DNA of 63,621 bases, counting the filler, from Neoconidiobolus thromboides FSU 785 (taxonomy: Eukaryota > Fungi > Entomophthoromycota), in assembly GCA_025603075.1 (NCBI GenBank). It is 7 parts of 7 records of this genome, joined end to end, with 100 filler letters (N's around TTAATTAATTAA, not from the genome) between each part and the next. Parts side by side here need not be neighbours in the genome. Positions count along the whole stretch, not along the records: positions 60,577 to 62,285 come from MU626926.1; positions 62,386 to 63,621 come from MU627012.1; 5 more parts are not named here. One strand, 5' to 3'. Below, piece by piece: positions 60,897 through 63,621 of the stretch; positions within the stretch are counted from its first letter, which is position 1; the number at the start of each line of letters is the position of its first letter. Both the position numbers and the translations under genes were made by a program. Below the pieces are notes generated by a model that was given only the letters and a program-made list of their open reading frames with translations, searched no databases and was not told the origin of the DNA.

Positions 60897-62006
60897 TATA
60901 ATGATTATAGAAAAATTATAATTATTAAGCTTATTTATATTCAATTAGTTATTTTATTTAATTTTTGAAACTTAATTTGTACTTTTTAGTTTTCTCTTTT
61001 GTTTATCTTTTTTACATATAAAAAATGACTTTCTTAAACCAATAATTTTTTTCAACTATTTTTTTAAGGTCATATTTGATTCTTGTTTATGTAAATGATA
61101 AATTCATATCAAATTTAATTAATTTGAGTTTTATTTTGAATATTTAGAATTTTATACTATAAAATTCTAACAAAGGAGTGTATTGTATATTCATAAAATT
61201 TTAACATATAAGTTATTAAAATAATTCATTTTATTTAATTTTGAATTTTCCCAGCATATTTTAGAAATTCACTATGAAATTAAATTTATAAACTTCATAA
61301 AAAGTGCTAATATTAAAAAGTTTGAATATTACTTAATAACGTTAATATCAACTTAATTTATACTACTTGAAAACTAATTAGTATAATGTATGCATTCGTT
61401 ATAATGGAATTTAAACCTCTTTAGTAAATTAAATTTTTATATTATAAAGAAAAATCAAGATAATATTATAATAAAACTACTTAATAATATCACAAAAAAA
61501 CACTAAACCAAACCAACTGGTAGGTAAGAAAGGTGAACTTTACATTCAATTTTTTTATGTACATGTTTTGATAAAGAACAATCTTGCTTCTTAAAGTAGT
61601 TTCTCAATTTAAAAACTTTCTTTATCAAAAAAATTATGTTTTTTGCGTTAATTTTTGCTTTCATAATATTAAAACATTCAACCTAACTTTTATAAATTTC
61701 ATACTAACATGAGTGGCCTTTTGGTAAGGGCAAACTTTAAGAGCTTAATACTATTTTTAATAACATTTCCAAACAACATACTGAATATATAAAATACAAA
61801 GAATTAATGATACGATAATGATAATGATATTTCAATAGACATTTTCTATTACGTAGAAATTTGCTAATAGTTTGTTTGGAAATGAATTGGTAAAAGTGAT
61901 ATCATTTTTAAAAATAAAAACAAACATAGTATAAAAGCCAGTAATACTATAACAAACAAATCATAAAATAAAAACAAATTATTAAATATCAAATTAAATA
62001 TTAAAA

Positions 62007-62285
62007 ATGTCTGGAGGCCCATCAAAAATGTCTGGTAATGCTAACTCTACCATTGGATCCATTAAAGAAAATGTAGGTTCTGCTCTTGGTAATCATTCTC
62101 TTGAATCTAAAGGTGCTGCTCAAAAAGCCGAAGGTAATGCTGAACATAAAGCTGCTCAAGCTAAAGGCTATGCTGAAGGTTCTAAAGACGGTGTAAAAGG
62201 AAGTGTTAAAGATACTGTTGGATCAGCTATTGGTAATGAGCAAATGCAAGCTGAAGGTAAAGCTTCTAAATTACAAGGTGATGCT
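62007..62285 (+). CDS. CsbD-like / Hmp1-like stress protein (truncated by gap)
   Basis: Repeated G..KE.VG.A.GN...EA.G..Q...G.A units. Confidence 0.85.
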
Positions 62286-62385
62286 NNNNNNNNNNNNNNN
62301 NNNNNNNNNNNNNNNNNNNNNNNNNNNNNTTAATTAATTAANNNNNNNNNNNNNNNNNNNNNNNNNNNNNNNNNNNNNNNNNNNN
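62286..62385. other. Assembly linker gap
   Basis: 44N-TTAATTAATTAA-44N. Confidence 0.97.
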
Positions 62386-62501
62386 AGACATTTAATTTTA
62401 GGCTTTTTAGATTTAACCATCATATCAGACACAAATTTAAAAATTTAAAATTTGGATTAATTTCTAAATAAATTCTGAAATCAATTAGGACAGCCCCATA
62501 T
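62386..62501 (-). mobile_element. Second copy of the 63-177 repeat family end
   Basis: Direct alignment to 63-177. Confidence 0.7.
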
Positions 62502-62658
62502 GTAAATAGCTTTTAATATTATAATTGGTTAAAAATAAAATGACCATAGCTCATAGCTTTAATAGCAATAATAATTTGATTATATTTTAACTTGGTTTCA
62601 AAATGGCTATACATATAGATACCTATTTCAAATTTATAACTGATAGATTTGAAAGATT

Positions 62659-62755
62659 GTATGGGGATGTTTATATTTGAGGATTTTATTAACAAGTTTT
62701 TCATTCAAATAAAATAGCGTTTAAAAGATGATAAAGTGATGAAGCCAAAAAAAAT
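62659..62755 (+). mobile_element. Diverged MITE copy lacking its 3' terminus
   Basis: Consensus match, in direct tandem with the next copy. Confidence 0.7.
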
Positions 62756-62857
62756 ACGGGGATGTATTTTTTCGTTCAAAATTTTACTAGCAATCTTTCC
62801 GCTCAAATGGCGCTTGAAAAATGGAAAAAGTGATGAAACTAAAAAAACATCCCTAAA
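62754..62857 (+). mobile_element. MITE copy
   Basis: Consensus match. Confidence 0.8.
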
Positions 62858-63166
62858 CCAATACTATTTAACTACAAACGATAAGAAACTTTGTTGTGAT
62901 AATATACATGATACTTTAACTTCAGATAAAGCCGAAGGATCAGTTTTGATGGTAATGAAAGAGATTTTTACACAATAAGGTATAAAGAAGAATATTTAAA
63001 TTATGGCTTGTAATATCACAGATTTATCTAATTCTTTGATAAAATTCAAGTAACAGCCTCTTTAAGAACATATTAGTCTTAAGCGCACATTTTATCTTGG
63101 AACCAAAATCCACCATGGATATCAGCAGATGGTATTAGTTTATATAATGAAGAAGCACCTTTTTGG

Positions 63167-63454
63167 TTGCATATGTTAAATAACAATAGCTCAGCTGATG
63201 AGTTTAAAAGAAAACTAATACTCAAATCTGAAGGTTATAGTGAAGGTTTAACTTTTTATTATAAATGGACAAATAACAATTTACATTTATTTAATGAAAC
63301 TTTTGGATATTTGGGAATTCAAAATAGTAAAATAAAATATTTCGAAATAATATCTTATAATAGGCTAGAAATAATACATATCGAGAAAAAGATAATTTAT
63401 TTGTGTTTGTTCTTAAACATATTTGTCATTCTGTATATTTTCCTGAATCATTAG
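63167..63454 (+). CDS. Possible 3' fragment of a gene or pseudogene with a C-terminal transmembrane anchor
   Basis: Open frame ending in a hydrophobic tail (IIYLCLFLNIFVILYIFL); coding-like but interrupted sequence upstream to ~62860. Confidence 0.3.
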   Translation: MHMLNNNSSADEFKRKLILKSEGYSEGLTFYYKWTNNNLHLFNETFGYLGIQNSKIKYFEIISYNRLEIIHIEKKIIYLCLFLNIFVILYIFLNH

Positions 63455-63526
63455 CTAGTATAACTTATACAGTATTTGAGAAAAAAAAAAGTAAAAATAT
63501 TTCAAATGGTATCATTTTAAATGAAC

Positions 63527-63621
63527 TGTAAAATCTGGTACTCAGGGTTTGGAGTCAAGAACAGCTATTGCTGGGTTGACTACACTATAAGTCGAAAGGT
63601 CTTAGTTTATGTGACTAAGAT
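63527..63621 (+). mobile_element. 5' part of LTR-like element, cut by window end
   Basis: 95 bp matching the 36478 copy with one mismatch (TGTAAAAT start). Confidence 0.8.

Noticed and set aside
2486-62857. The 105-bp repeat as a CRISPR array, tRNA or Pol III SINE
   Set aside because: Copies are dispersed with no repeat-spacer periodicity, there are no A/B boxes, and T-runs on both strands would terminate Pol III

Overview
Very AT-rich eukaryotic genomic DNA with short GT-AG introns of about 45-65 bp. The gene content (Ral-type GTPase, QDPR, secreted tyrosinase, CAP proteins, GH17) fits an early-diverging, non-Dikarya fungus, and a Conidiobolus/Entomophthoromycotina-like organism is my inference. 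Seven contigs are joined by six artificial 100-bp linkers (44N-TTAATTAATTAA-44N), so adjacency across those gaps is not trustworthy. The window holds about 22 recognisable protein genes. Housekeeping genes include QDPR, a sugar transporter, SGT1, RraA-like, NAM9, a PPR protein, TMEM115, a sulfate transporter fragment, COQ6, YIPF1, Ral, bestrophin, EXO70 and a p150-like CAP-Gly protein. Secreted or accessory genes include GH17, GH31, a small Cys-rich protein, two CAP genes and a tyrosinase. There are also two tRNAs and a decaying GST triplet. The repeat landscape is dense: 25 copies of a ~105-bp MITE (ATATGGGG...CCCCATAT), four copies of a 464-bp solo-LTR-like element and several foldbacks. Best leads: (1) a secreted, bacterial-type GH31 alpha-N-acetylgalactosaminidase-like gene, a candidate horizontal transfer; (2) three of four LTR-like copies sit 12-38 bp from the same end of the MITE in the same orientation, suggesting one element targets the other; (3) a bona fide Ral GTPase in a fungus; (4) a Kex2-processed 8-Cys secreted toxin/effector candidate. 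All exon boundaries were read by eye and no database searches were run.
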